Assembly (NCBI GenBank): GCA_051599415.1
Contig: AP039698.1
Span: 372,001 to 436,000, forward strand
Origin: Savitreella phatthalungensis
Taxonomy: Eukaryota
Direction: 5' to 3'
DNA: 64,000 bases
The position numbers were made by a program, and so were the translations under genes. The notes under the pieces are model-generated. The model saw nothing but the letters and a program-made list of their open reading frames with translations, was not told where the DNA came from and did not search any database. Positions 51,943 through 62,407 of the stretch are shown here, piece after piece (within the stretch, counting starts at the first letter, position 1; the number at the start of each line of letters is the position of its first letter).

Positions 51943-52725
51943 ATGAGTGATAGTGAGATTCCGCAGCCACTGCGCCGGCGTGAAGAGCAGGTCAATGGAG
52001 CCGGTGGCGCCACTATAGACAACCCGTCAGTCGACGTCCACGGTGCACCAGTTCAAGCAAAGGCACCGAATGAACACGGCGGCCGGCGGCTCATCGTCGT
52101 GCTCGAGCGCGCATGTCTCGAGACTTACAAGGTCGGCAAGGACAAGGCGAGCAAGTACGCCTTACTGAATTGTGACGACCACCAGGGCGTGCTGAAGAAG
52201 ATGGGCAGGGATATTGCAGATGCTCGGCCAGATATTTGTCACCAGGTCCTCCTGACCTTGCTCGACAGCCCGCTCAACAAAGCTGGACACCTTCAGATCT
52301 ATATCCACACGGCCAGGAACGTCCTGATCGAGGTCAACCCGCACGTCCGCTTGCCAAGAACCTTCAAGCGATTCTCAGGTCTGATGGTACAGTTGCTCCA
52401 CAAGCTCGCCATCCGGAGCACCAGCTCCTCCTCAACAAAACTGCTCAAGGTGATCAAGAACCCCATCACCGACCACCTCCCGACGAAATGCCACAAGATC
52501 ACGCTATCACACGACGCTCCGACCGTCAAGGTCGCAGACTACGTCTCCAAGCTGCCGGAAGACACGTCGCTGTGTGTATTCATTGGTGCGATGGCTCACG
52601 GCGCCGACGACTTTGCAGACTTCTACGTCGATGAGAAGATCTCTGTAAGTGATTACTCGCTCTCGGCATCCGTGTCTGCATCGAAGTTCCTACACGGCTG
52701 CGAAGATGCTTGGAAGGTTCAGTGA
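51943..52725 (+). CDS. EMG1: 18S rRNA pseudouridine N1-methyltransferase Emg1/Nep1
   Basis: [56 protein letters not shown]. Confidence 0.97.
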   Translation: MSDSEIPQPLRRREEQVNGAGGATIDNPSVDVHGAPVQAKAPNEHGGRRLIVVLERACLETYKVGKDKASKYALLNCDDHQGVLKKMGRDIADARPDICHQVLLTLLDSPLNKAGHLQIYIHTARNVLIEVNPHVRLPRTFKRFSGLMVQLLHKLAIRSTSSSSTKLLKVIKNPITDHLPTKCHKITLSHDAPTVKVADYVSKLPEDTSLCVFIGAMAHGADDFADFYVDEKISVSDYSLSASVSASKFLHGCEDAWKVQ

Positions 52726-52895
52726 AGGGGAGAGAAATGGGGATTCACTTGGGTCACAACCATCATCAAAACTGTGGTATCATCGTCATCATTGCCAGCC
52801 CTCATGCTCAGATGGAGTTTCACGTCATCTGTATGTACACTACTAGGTCATGCTATCTGCCATCTTAACGTCTCATATCTTTGCGTGCTCCTGAA

Positions 52896-55517
52896 TCACC
52901 CTTGCTTGAGTGCCTCAAGTGCTTGTTCGATCGTGGTGTAAGCCTCTGTGCCTTCGAAGGCGCGAGCGCGTCCTTTGAGTGTGCGCAGTGTCGATTTGGC
53001 CTTATAGCGCCAGTCCTTCATGAGGACGCCTCCGAACCGGCCAGGTCTGTCGCCAAGGTTCTCGTACGCTGCGACGAGGTCGATTGCTGCGGTTGTCACC
53101 GTCTGCAGGTCTGTGTAGGATGTCTCTGCTGGAAGTCCAGCGACACAACGGTACGCTCGCTCCTCGCAATCAAGCGCATCGCCATCCCGTCCTCCGCGCC
53201 ACATGTACACACGCGCAAGGCATCGGTACATCCCTGCGTCACGCGTCACCAGCGGCTTCACATCCTTCGTCAGGAAATCGTACGCCATCTTCGCCCACCC
53301 GCGAAGCACAGGTGCAGAGGTCGAGGTCACCTCCTCGTCGTCGTTGTCAGCGTTGTCTGAGGTTGTGGAGGTTGGGGGCTCGGTCGCTGTGAGGTCGGAG
53401 GCGACTGCGAGCACGAGATCGCGATCCAGGTGGCCTTCTTGGCTGCCGCGGATGGCGAGGACGCGCTTGGCCGCGCGGACGGCTTCTGCGATCTGGCCGA
53501 CGTCCATCGATACAAGCGCATAGTTGTGCCACATTCGCCAGGACTCGAACTTGAGCGAGGTGGCGGTGCGCAGGGCTCGATGTGCGTCCTTTGCACGGTC
53601 ACGGCCGCTCTGAAGCAAAGCTGAAGCCAGATTATTCCATGACTCGCCGTCGGCATTGTCGATCGACACGCAGCGCGTAAACGCCTCACTGGCCTCGGAC
53701 CATCGCTCAAGGGACAGGGCCGCGCAGCCGAGGATGAACCACGCTCCGTGATTGAGTGGGTTGATGGCGAGTGAACGACGGTAGCAGTCAATCGCTTCTG
53801 AAAGACGACCGTTGTCAAAGTGGTGCTTGCCAAGCGAGCGTTGAGCGCGAGCGAATCGCTCATTCGAGATCCTCCAAGAAGTCTCATAGTGAGAAGGCTC
53901 TTTCGTTACGTCTCCAAGCAAACACCAGAGCTTAGGCAGATTGTCCTGGGGCTCTGCCGCCGCGATGCGTTCCTCAATCACCTGTTTCGCCAGATCATCT
54001 CTGCCGGATGCACCGTGACACAAAGCCACCCGTTCCCAAATCTGAAGGCGTTCATAAATCTCGAGCGCAGACTTCACAAGCCCAAGACCGACATACTTGT
54101 CCGCAAGTTCGGCTTGCAGATCCCACTTGCTGTGCAGCGGCAAGGCGAATAGGTGGCGAAGTCGTGCAGCCACAGAAGCGTCATTCCGTGTCGATGCATT
54201 GTCAGCACGCTGGATGAATGATTGTTGCTCTGACATTCCGTCAACCAGCTGGTCGACCAGGACTTGCAGCTGCATGACACTGCGCTCAACCGTACGAGAT
54301 CTGTGTCCCTCTGCGCGCGTGCGCAACAGGAGCGCAGTCGAATCGATCGTCCAATCACGTGCATGCTTCAGTGCAGGTTCTTCGTCGCCCTTGCTACCGA
54401 TATCCTGTAGGACGCGGCTGACGAATGCGCCCATCTGTTCCAACGCAATCTCATCATCGGCTGCGGAATTTATTCTGAAGATCGCGGCATCAGACAGGAG
54501 CACGCAAGAATCCACTAGGTGTAGTGGCGGCTGTGCTCCGGGGTCTAGCGATTGCAACTCTGCTGGCAGCTCCTCAGATGCTTCGACGACCGGGCGTACT
54601 TGGGGGTCGCGCTTTGCGAAAGCCACACGTTCGAGCAGAGTATCGTCATTCAAATTGAGGTGCTCAATTTTAGGTCTGTCACCGTTGGCCGTATTTGCCA
54701 CAGCCGTATCGTCATCCTCGGTCTTGCGTGACGAGACAGCTAGCACAACCAGTTGAGAGGTGTCGAAGGTCTGGAATTTCGTACGACGACCCATGGCACC
54801 GGAGATCCGCAATATCACCCCACTGGCCTGCTCAGCGTTCCGAAGCTCGTTTCGTGCCAAGGTGTCCTGGGAGTAGAATGTATGAATATGGGCGAGTTCA
54901 AGGTGCCAGCTAGCAAGCGCGTCAGCTCCCTGTGTCGCGGCGTATACACGACAAGCCTCGACGCTTTCCGCGTCGTAAATCTTATCGTGCAACGCCGCAG
55001 ATGGCTCGTCGAGCAGCTTCTGATGCGCATATGCAGCGCGTAACCTCCATCGTGCCAGCGTCTGTAAGCCAGCATCCACCTTGCATGCGGAGAGCACCCT
55101 CTCAGCTGTGAGGAGTAACACAGCAGCCTGCACCAGCGCATATGGAGTACAGCCGTCGCTGTCTAGGGCACTGAGCACCTCCGTACCGTCAAGCCGAGCA
55201 GGGATCACCGCATAGATGGAAGGCGCTAACCATGGTCCAGTGTAGTTTACTTGCATGTAGCCTCGCAGAAGCGACGCACCGAGCGCCAGCGCCTCGATTT
55301 GATCAGCATGCCGTGCTATCCGGTCGTCCAAGCCAGACAGATAAGATTGTACATTTGTCGCAGCGGTGTCTTCCAGCAGAGACCTGGCTATGTCGTGCGA
55401 GAGAGCCTTTCCCAAGTCTACACGGCAACAGGCGGACAAGAAGTCGTTTTCAAGCGATGAAGAAGGCCTCGAGTCGTCTCCCAGGAGTAAGTCTGACTCC
55501 ACCTGAGCTAGGTCCAT
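52896..55517 (-). CDS. EMW1: TPR protein Emw1/TTC27
   Basis: GAMGRRTKFQTFDTSQLV, LNLNDDTLLE, RTVERSVMQLQVLV, ARAQRSLG, GESWNNLA, WRMWHNY, KDWRYKAK. Confidence 0.88.
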   Translation of the reverse strand: MDLAQVESDLLLGDDSRPSSSLENDFLSACCRVDLGKALSHDIARSLLEDTAATNVQSYLSGLDDRIARHADQIEALALGASLLRGYMQVNYTGPWLAPSIYAVIPARLDGTEVLSALDSDGCTPYALVQAAVLLLTAERVLSACKVDAGLQTLARWRLRAAYAHQKLLDEPSAALHDKIYDAESVEACRVYAATQGADALASWHLELAHIHTFYSQDTLARNELRNAEQASGVILRISGAMGRRTKFQTFDTSQLVVLAVSSRKTEDDDTAVANTANGDRPKIEHLNLNDDTLLERVAFAKRDPQVRPVVEASEELPAELQSLDPGAQPPLHLVDSCVLLSDAAIFRINSAADDEIALEQMGAFVSRVLQDIGSKGDEEPALKHARDWTIDSTALLLRTRAEGHRSRTVERSVMQLQVLVDQLVDGMSEQQSFIQRADNASTRNDASVAARLRHLFALPLHSKWDLQAELADKYVGLGLVKSALEIYERLQIWERVALCHGASGRDDLAKQVIEERIAAAEPQDNLPKLWCLLGDVTKEPSHYETSWRISNERFARAQRSLGKHHFDNGRLSEAIDCYRRSLAINPLNHGAWFILGCAALSLERWSEASEAFTRCVSIDNADGESWNNLASALLQSGRDRAKDAHRALRTATSLKFESWRMWHNYALVSMDVGQIAEAVRAAKRVLAIRGSQEGHLDRDLVLAVASDLTATEPPTSTTSDNADNDDEEVTSTSAPVLRGWAKMAYDFLTKDVKPLVTRDAGMYRCLARVYMWRGGRDGDALDCEERAYRCVAGLPAETSYTDLQTVTTAAIDLVAAYENLGDRPGRFGGVLMKDWRYKAKSTLRTLKGRARAFEGTEAYTTIEQALEALKQG

Positions 55518-55761
55518 GCCTACAAGGCCTGCCCTAATCGTGTGACTTCTGTGCCTTGTCTTATGGATGCTGCATCCACAATGATCACGTGAATACGGTT
55601 GATCTTGGCGTTGCTTTCAATATATTCTCTCATGCAGTACGTCGACGTCACAGATCGAGCACAATTGGGCGTCAGAGCACAGCTTTCGACAAGCTCAAAG
55701 ATTACTCAAAACGACGAGCCAGTGAGGTTATATCAAGCGAGTAGTCCGGTATGGCTCGGAG

Positions 55762-58700
55762 ATGACGAAGAACTTGTTGAAGGCGGCCAGAACCGCACTC
55801 GGGTCTAAGGACTATGAGGAAGCTTTGAGGAATGCGGACCTCGTCCTCGAGGTTGAGCCAGACTCTTACAATGCACTTGTCTTTCGAGGTCTAGCTCTCA
55901 CCAACCTGGAAAAGTTCGGTGATGCGCGCGAGTCGTACGCAAGTGCTCTTGCTGTTGATCAAAGCAACATCCTGGCATGGCAAGGCCTGTTGACCTTGAG
56001 TGAGAAAGAACGGAATGTGCCAAAATACATCGAGGCGGCTGTCAGCATTGCAACGGCACAGCTTGCGGATGAGAACGATTCGGATCAGTCCAAGTGTTTG
56101 GCGACAATCGAGAAAGCGCTTGCGTTTGCCACCGAGCATGGAGATCTCACAGACAAAAGTGCGTCCTTGCAGCTCATTCTGCCTGGGTCGCCATTCTTTG
56201 ACTATCTCCAGGACAAACTGGACTCACCTTCAGATACTTATGAGAGGCTTGCTACTCTGCTTGAGGAGAAGGAGAGTCGCGAGATTTCCACAGCCATCGC
56301 AAAAGGAAGGCAGAGGCTCGGCGTACGTCTGGAGGATTTGACGCGTCAAGTCACAGCTGATGTCTTGTCACGCTCATCACTGCCGCGGACTTATGGCGAG
56401 CTCATCAATTGGACCCATCAGGAGAGTGTTCGCCGTGACGCAGAGACTAAATTGCTTGAGCACGCCCATCGTTACCTCCGCGCGTGTCCGGAGAAGGATA
56501 AGCCCGGGCAGCTTCATCATGTTATCGACATGGCTCGAGGTATGACACTGATAAAGGTGCCCAATCCGCTGGCATGGACCATCGAACTGGACTGGACGGA
56601 CTTTACACTTGACAACGCCAGCCTTGAGGCACTCTGCACATATGTGCGCCTCTTTCCGGATACTTTGACCACTCGGGCAATCATACTGCTGCTGCGTAGT
56701 AAGTGGTCACCATTCGCGACAGACCGTGTTACCGAACAGGAGCTCGATCTGTCGGACGAAAAGAGAGGCTCAAATACTGCGATTGTCGCGAGCATCGAGG
56801 ATGCCGAGCCGAAAGATCTGACGATCCTTGCACAGCGAATTGCTGTGCGTTATTACGCTTCAGAGCATGAATACGATGCTGTAATAGATCTGGGTGACAA
56901 GACTGCAGCACGGATTCAAGCCTTGCGAAAGGACACCGGGTTGGCCCTCACGTCAACCGAGATAGAGACTTCATTGCTACTCGCTGAAGCATTGACGTTC
57001 CATCAGTCACCGCGGTTTCATGCTCGTGCGATGCGGCTTTACCAGGAAGTGCTTGACCATGGCAATAACGAGACTGCTTCTATCGGACGCGCACGGCTCC
57101 TGCGCATATCGAGCACTGATCGAGTGCGGGAAGCGGCGTCAGTTCTCGAAGAAGTTCTGAGATCATCCCCAGACAACACAGACGCCCTTCTTGAGCATGC
57201 AATCTGTCAGAATATTCTACGAGAGTTCGAAGAGGCCCTGACCACGCTAGGTCGGCTTGAGACTCTCGTCAACGTCGAGACACCGCGACCATTCATGGCT
57301 ACACTGCATCATCAGACAGGTCTTGCACGGCAAGCCCTTGGGCAAGACGAGGCGGACATCTATGCATCATTCATTCAAGCGCTCAAGTTTGATGCTAATC
57401 ACGCACCAGCTTACACAGAGCTAGGCAAGTATTACGCCGATCGCGTTGGTGACATGCGGCGAGCTGAGAAATGCTTCCAGAAAGCACTCGAGTTGAGCAG
57501 CCATGAGTACGAGGCAGCACGGCGGCTTGCGCAGTCTTTTGCAGACGTTCGAGATTGGGACCTCGTTGAGATCATCGCAGAACGCGTCCTTCAGAGCGAC
57601 GAGCGTCTCCGCATTTCCTGGCCACATCTCGCTTGCGCGCTCGTTCATGCACACTTCTTGCGCTGGCCGCAGGCGATCACGTCTTATCAGGCGGCGCTGC
57701 GTCTTGATGCCCGCAACGCAAGTGCATGGCATGGACTTGGCGAGGCCTATTACGAACTTGGTCGGCTCCAGGCTGCGCAGAAAGCGCTTGCAAGATCGGT
57801 CGAGCTCAAAGACGATGCTCATGCACGTCTCTCGCTTGCGAACGTCGAGTCAGCTCTGGGCGAGCATGAAGCGGCGTGCGAACGTCTTGAGAAGCTCTCG
57901 AACGAACTGAAATCTCCGGACTCTGTCGTCGATCTCTGCTTCGCGCAACTGGCATGGGCTGAATCGCGATTCTTGGAGAATGAGCGCCCGGAAGCAATTC
58001 AGCTGCTTGACAAGTGCATTACGAATGCAATGGGTGTTCTGAGCAGCGGGGTTCTTGGGTCGCATGAAGTGCTGGCATCTGCTTGCATGCAGCTGGCAAG
58101 CATTCCCGGAGCGACCGAAAAGAACGTCACCAGCTTATCACAACTCAAGTCTGGTGTCAGCTTCAGCGATATGTTCCAGGTCACTGTTGAAGCTAAGAGC
58201 TGCAAGGAACAGCTCCTGCTGGCTGCCGCAAAAGCAACCTCTCACTCACTCGATGGAGAGCTTGCGCACGTGTTTTGGGCGCGCATCGGCTTATGTCTCG
58301 GTGAAATGGTTCCGAACGAGGCTGTAGTCGCTGTTCAGAGAGCAATCGTGCTACAGCCGGAGAATGATGCGTACTGGTCAGTCGTCGGGTTGATTGCAGC
58401 GGCTCATACAACGGCCCAGGCGTTTGCCCACCACGCGTTGTGTAAGGCATGCTTGCTGAACCAGAAGTCCGGTGTACATTACGCGAATCTCGGCCTTTTC
58501 TACCTTCGCCACGATCGTCTGGAAGTTGCAAATGCGGCCTTCTCGCGCGCTCAAACCGCACAACCCGATCTCGCATCAGCGTGGGCGGGTCAGTCAAAGG
58601 TAGCCCGACTGCTAGGAGACCAGCGCGAAGCTGACGAACTGCTAGCGCATGCCTTCGCCCTCGCCCGCCATCCGGAGCAGCAAGACCTTACATTGGCATA

Positions 58701-59379
58701 CAGCAGCGTTGCCCTAGATCCGCTCCAGGCGCGCCGCCCACCAGGTGAGTTCCGCAGACTCCTGGTCGATGCACTCGACCGAATTGAACAAGATGGCGGA
58801 GACAGCTTGTCGGACGATGACAAGGATCTTGTGACGTACCACTGCCTGTTGATGCACGAGATGCCGGACATCCCTCCGGCGAAAGATCCGCAGTCAAACG
58901 TCATCGGCCGTGGCATGACCAATGGAGCGTTCATCAATAACGTGGTTGGCTCGACCGAAGCGACCGCGGCTGCAGAGATTTCCGAAGGCAAATCTGATGA
59001 TGCTTCACGCGCGGCTGTGGATGAGGAGGCAGCTGCGCAGGCACGCGAGCAGGCAGCTGCACAGGAGAAGCAGGATGCTGAGGCTGCTGAAGCAGCAAGG
59101 ATCATCGAGCTCGTTGAAGAAGCTGACGCGCTCGCTGCGAGATTGGAAGAAGCTTATGAAGCGACCGAGTCGCAGGAAGATCTAGCAAAGTACTGCGATG
59201 CAAAATCACTTCTAGCTCGACTCCAGCTGCGCGCTCATCAGACAGAGGAAGCTCACGAATCAGCTCAACTCGTCATCTCCCTGCTCGACGGCGAAGATGA
59301 AGACTCCGCGACAGCGCCAGCGCTCAAGAGTGCTCGCCTTGTTGAAGCGCTAGCCCTTCAAACATCGTCGCCATCTTAA
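55762..59379 (+). CDS. SKI3: Superkiller complex TPR scaffold Ski3/TTC37 (apparently C-terminally short)
   Basis: K..LKAAR.AL...DYEEA N-terminus, YNALVFRGLA, LAWQGL, APAYTELGKYY, RAEKCFQKALELS, WDLVEIIAERV. Confidence 0.88.
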   Translation: MTKNLLKAARTALGSKDYEEALRNADLVLEVEPDSYNALVFRGLALTNLEKFGDARESYASALAVDQSNILAWQGLLTLSEKERNVPKYIEAAVSIATAQLADENDSDQSKCLATIEKALAFATEHGDLTDKSASLQLILPGSPFFDYLQDKLDSPSDTYERLATLLEEKESREISTAIAKGRQRLGVRLEDLTRQVTADVLSRSSLPRTYGELINWTHQESVRRDAETKLLEHAHRYLRACPEKDKPGQLHHVIDMARGMTLIKVPNPLAWTIELDWTDFTLDNASLEALCTYVRLFPDTLTTRAIILLLRSKWSPFATDRVTEQELDLSDEKRGSNTAIVASIEDAEPKDLTILAQRIAVRYYASEHEYDAVIDLGDKTAARIQALRKDTGLALTSTEIETSLLLAEALTFHQSPRFHARAMRLYQEVLDHGNNETASIGRARLLRISSTDRVREAASVLEEVLRSSPDNTDALLEHAICQNILREFEEALTTLGRLETLVNVETPRPFMATLHHQTGLARQALGQDEADIYASFIQALKFDANHAPAYTELGKYYADRVGDMRRAEKCFQKALELSSHEYEAARRLAQSFADVRDWDLVEIIAERVLQSDERLRISWPHLACALVHAHFLRWPQAITSYQAALRLDARNASAWHGLGEAYYELGRLQAAQKALARSVELKDDAHARLSLANVESALGEHEAACERLEKLSNELKSPDSVVDLCFAQLAWAESRFLENERPEAIQLLDKCITNAMGVLSSGVLGSHEVLASACMQLASIPGATEKNVTSLSQLKSGVSFSDMFQVTVEAKSCKEQLLLAAAKATSHSLDGELAHVFWARIGLCLGEMVPNEAVVAVQRAIVLQPENDAYWSVVGLIAAAHTTAQAFAHHALCKACLLNQKSGVHYANLGLFYLRHDRLEVANAAFSRAQTAQPDLASAWAGQSKVARLLGDQREADELLAHAFALARHPEQQDLTLAYSSVALDPLQARRPPGEFRRLLVDALDRIEQDGGDSLSDDDKDLVTYHCLLMHEMPDIPPAKDPQSNVIGRGMTNGAFINNVVGSTEATAAAEISEGKSDDASRAAVDEEAAAQAREQAAAQEKQDAEAAEAARIIELVEEADALAARLEEAYEATESQEDLAKYCDAKSLLARLQLRAHQTEEAHESAQLVISLLDGEDEDSATAPALKSARLVEALALQTSSPS

Positions 59380-59552
59380 AAAGAGTGGTCCACCCACACG
59401 AACTTCACGAGGGCAAAGCATCTAGTCTGTACAATAATGCATTACGTCTGGAGGGAGGGGATCTGTACGATCGAGAGTATGAGCTGGTGATAAGAGAAGT
59501 TGTATAGTGTAGGAGACATGCATGAACCAAGAATGATCTGGATGTCAGACTA

Positions 59553-60142
59553 CTAGATCTCCTCGATCGGACAGTATCGAGCCATCAGCAGACGCTTGTA
59601 CTCTGTCATGTCGCGGTCCCACAGATCTGCAGCCTGTGCGTTGAGTGGGGACGCGTTGTTGGGCTCACCGAGGAGGGACTGCAAGGAGAGGAGGATCGTC
59701 TGGACGTTGTAGACGGCAGACCATTTCTCCTTAAGGATGTCAAGGCAGATGTTGCCGCTCATGTCGACGTTCGGGTGCCACATCGGGGAGGTGAATGTGA
59801 TGGTGGGTGCGCTGAACGGGTAGTTTGCAGGGAACTCGATCTTCAGCTTGAACTTCAGGCCAGCGTAAGGTGTCTCGTCAGGACCGACGATCGTGCCAAG
59901 CCACCGAAACAGGTTCGCATCACTCTCGGGAAAGGCGGAAATGCCAGGCGGGGACGACATCATCAGTGACATCAACTCACTCTGTAGTCGCTTTGTCACA
60001 GAGTGCGCATCGACACCGGAAGAAGCAGCGCCGAGCTTGCGCGAGTTTGCCGCTGGCTCCATATCTGTAAAGTCAGTCGTGTGAGCTCATTGAGAGGGCG
60101 ATTGGGACAGATGGAAGTCTTACTTTCAGTAGCAAGGGACAT
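59553..60142 (-). CDS. UBC11: Ubiquitin-conjugating enzyme UBE2C/Ubc11; exons 60142-60124 and 60064-59553
   Basis: [31 protein letters not shown]; intron 60123-60065 (GTAAGA..CTGAC..TACAG) joins MSLATE|N in frame to MEPAANS. Confidence 0.93.
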
Positions 60143-60355
60143 AGTTGTGAAGAATGCTTGAGATGCCGGACACTGAAGAACAAAGGTTTATACAAGTTGG
60201 CACCGGCACAGCAGACCCGGCTGTCTGTATGAAGGGTGTTCGTGCGAGAGAGTGCCTCGAGCGCGTGTGCAAGTGATGGCTGGATGGAAGTACGTGCACG
60301 AGAGAGATTGTGTGTGAGTGATGCTGTGTCTGGCGCCCCTTGCCGTCTCACCATT

Positions 60356-60404
<49 letters not shown>

Positions 60405-60433
60405 GCACCAGCAGCAGCACAGCAGCAGCAGCA
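60356..60433. repeat. (AGC)/(AGCAAC)n microsatellite upstream of ubc11
   Basis: Read directly; explains the poly-Leu and poly-SN shadow ORFs. Confidence 0.9.
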
Positions 60434-62407
60434 ATAGGAGCAACAGGAGCACGGGCAAAGTTTCATTATTGTTGATGTTTGATCAATCTCATTCGCATAG
60501 CAACCAGGAATTTCTAACTTAGAGAAGGTGAAATATCTGGAAACAACTCAGACAGCACTTCAATCCGTGGTGATGAGCAATGCACGATGAGCCTCCTTCT
60601 CCTCCTCCCAGCAGTATATCAACCTCTTGACCCAGGTCTCAAGTGCTGTCGACCTCTGTCCTGTAGATGAGACCATCATACAAGATCTGCATCTCAGTGG
60701 GTCTCTGCTTTGGCCACGTCGACGACCGAAGGAGCAACGTGACGACTCATTGTTTGAATGTGGTTGCTAGATCTGTCTCACAAAGTTTTGAACACGTGAA
60801 TTCCACATCATCTGTCGAGAGGAAGGCTTTAGCCACTTAAATTAGCTTCAGGATTGTGCACAACCTGTTTTCACTATAAATTTGAATTTTACAGCTGGGC
60901 AATTGAATGTCTTTTTCAAAGTTAATTATGATCAGCTGCTGTATCGTCCACTGCATCCATCTCAGAAACTAGAGCTACAACCGTGCCTGCCATACAGACA
61001 GACTCACCAGCATACTCTGGACCAGACCAAAATTACGCTCCCGCAGTCGATCATGCTATCAGAAGGTCCTGCCCGGGTGACCCAGGTATCAGGTGGAGCT
61101 GTGACGTGAGAGCTGGTGAAGACGGGCTCGATAGTCGATGATCGATTAATTTGCTTCTGTGGTGATTCTCCGCTGAGGAAGTCAGTCAAGTCACGCATGC
61201 GGTCAAGCCAAGGTATCCATTTTGGTCGACACGTGTCAAGAGTTTGCATTGGACTTGTGCCCAGCTGGTAATGCAGGGCAGGCGTCCAGGCAGCTTGCAT
61301 GATCTTTCGTGATTGAGAGAGCGTTCCAGGAGCATCGTCAGAGCGCTACAGACTTCGTTGGAGGAAGATTGAATGGGGAAGAGGACGAGACACAAGCTGG
61401 CACCAGTCCGACTCGTTTCAATGGGGACTGTTTTTAGCAACAGGGCCGCAACTACGCAGTGGTCCCGGATTTCTCAATGATCTTCCTCCAAGGATGCTCT
61501 GTCGTGTCATGACTAATGCTACTATTGTTCAAGCAACACAAAGTGTTGTACGCTGCAGAGTATCAATTGTACAGGAGGCTAGCTTGATCACTTCAGTTAT
61601 ATTATCAAGTTAGCTGTATGCGTGCAGTAGATGCACCTTCGGAGCAGCCTCATGAACTCCCTGTGGATCGGACCATTTGTACTGTAGACACTGTACACAC
61701 ACTGAAGACAGACTTAAGGGAGAGTACAGAGATCTCGAGAGTAGGCTCGATTATCCGCTGTCCACGTGCATCCACTCGGCGCTTCCGATAGACTGAAAGA
61801 ATTCATCATACGATATAGTAATTCGACTTGATAATTCAGAAGATCAAATTGTTAAAAGATCAATTGATTCAACGTATACACATTGGATGAAATACAAGTC
61901 AGTCATCTGCACAATTAAGTCTATTTCCGTACGCTCAGTAAAATCGATTATATGATTTCAATGATTGGACAGGAGAATCATTAATTGTAATTATAAGAAA
62001 CAATTCAATCGCAGATTATTTGTATATATCGATCAGATCGTCATTAGAAGCCGATCAAGGTTGAAAAACTTTTCCTTTTTCCGCCCGCGCCGTTCAGTAT
62101 TTAACCACACATGAATTTGTTGTATACACGTATAATATATACTGTATGTATGCAGGTAGAAAATAGTGTCAAGCCGATCTGCCAGATTCAGTAACTCGAT
62201 TATTCCACTTCGATCGATCGGTTCATCCATCCATCGAACCATCCAAACCATCCATCCACACCTCCAGACAGACGGTACCACTCGCCTACCCACCAACAAG
62301 CCCATACCCTACACGCCAGACACCATCACCCTACCACCGCGGTCATCCCTTTCTTCTCGAACAAAGCAATCGTCTACTAATATCTCATATACACATTCCA
62401 TAAAATC

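Noticed and set aside
60073..60475. Poly-Leu, poly-AV and poly-SN ORFs
   Set aside because: Translations of the (AGC/AGCAAC)n microsatellite
61720..61737. TACAGAGA in a small hairpin resembling a METTL16 target upstream of sah1
   Set aside because: Imperfect consensus, 4-bp stem, and probably upstream of the TATA-like region near 62130
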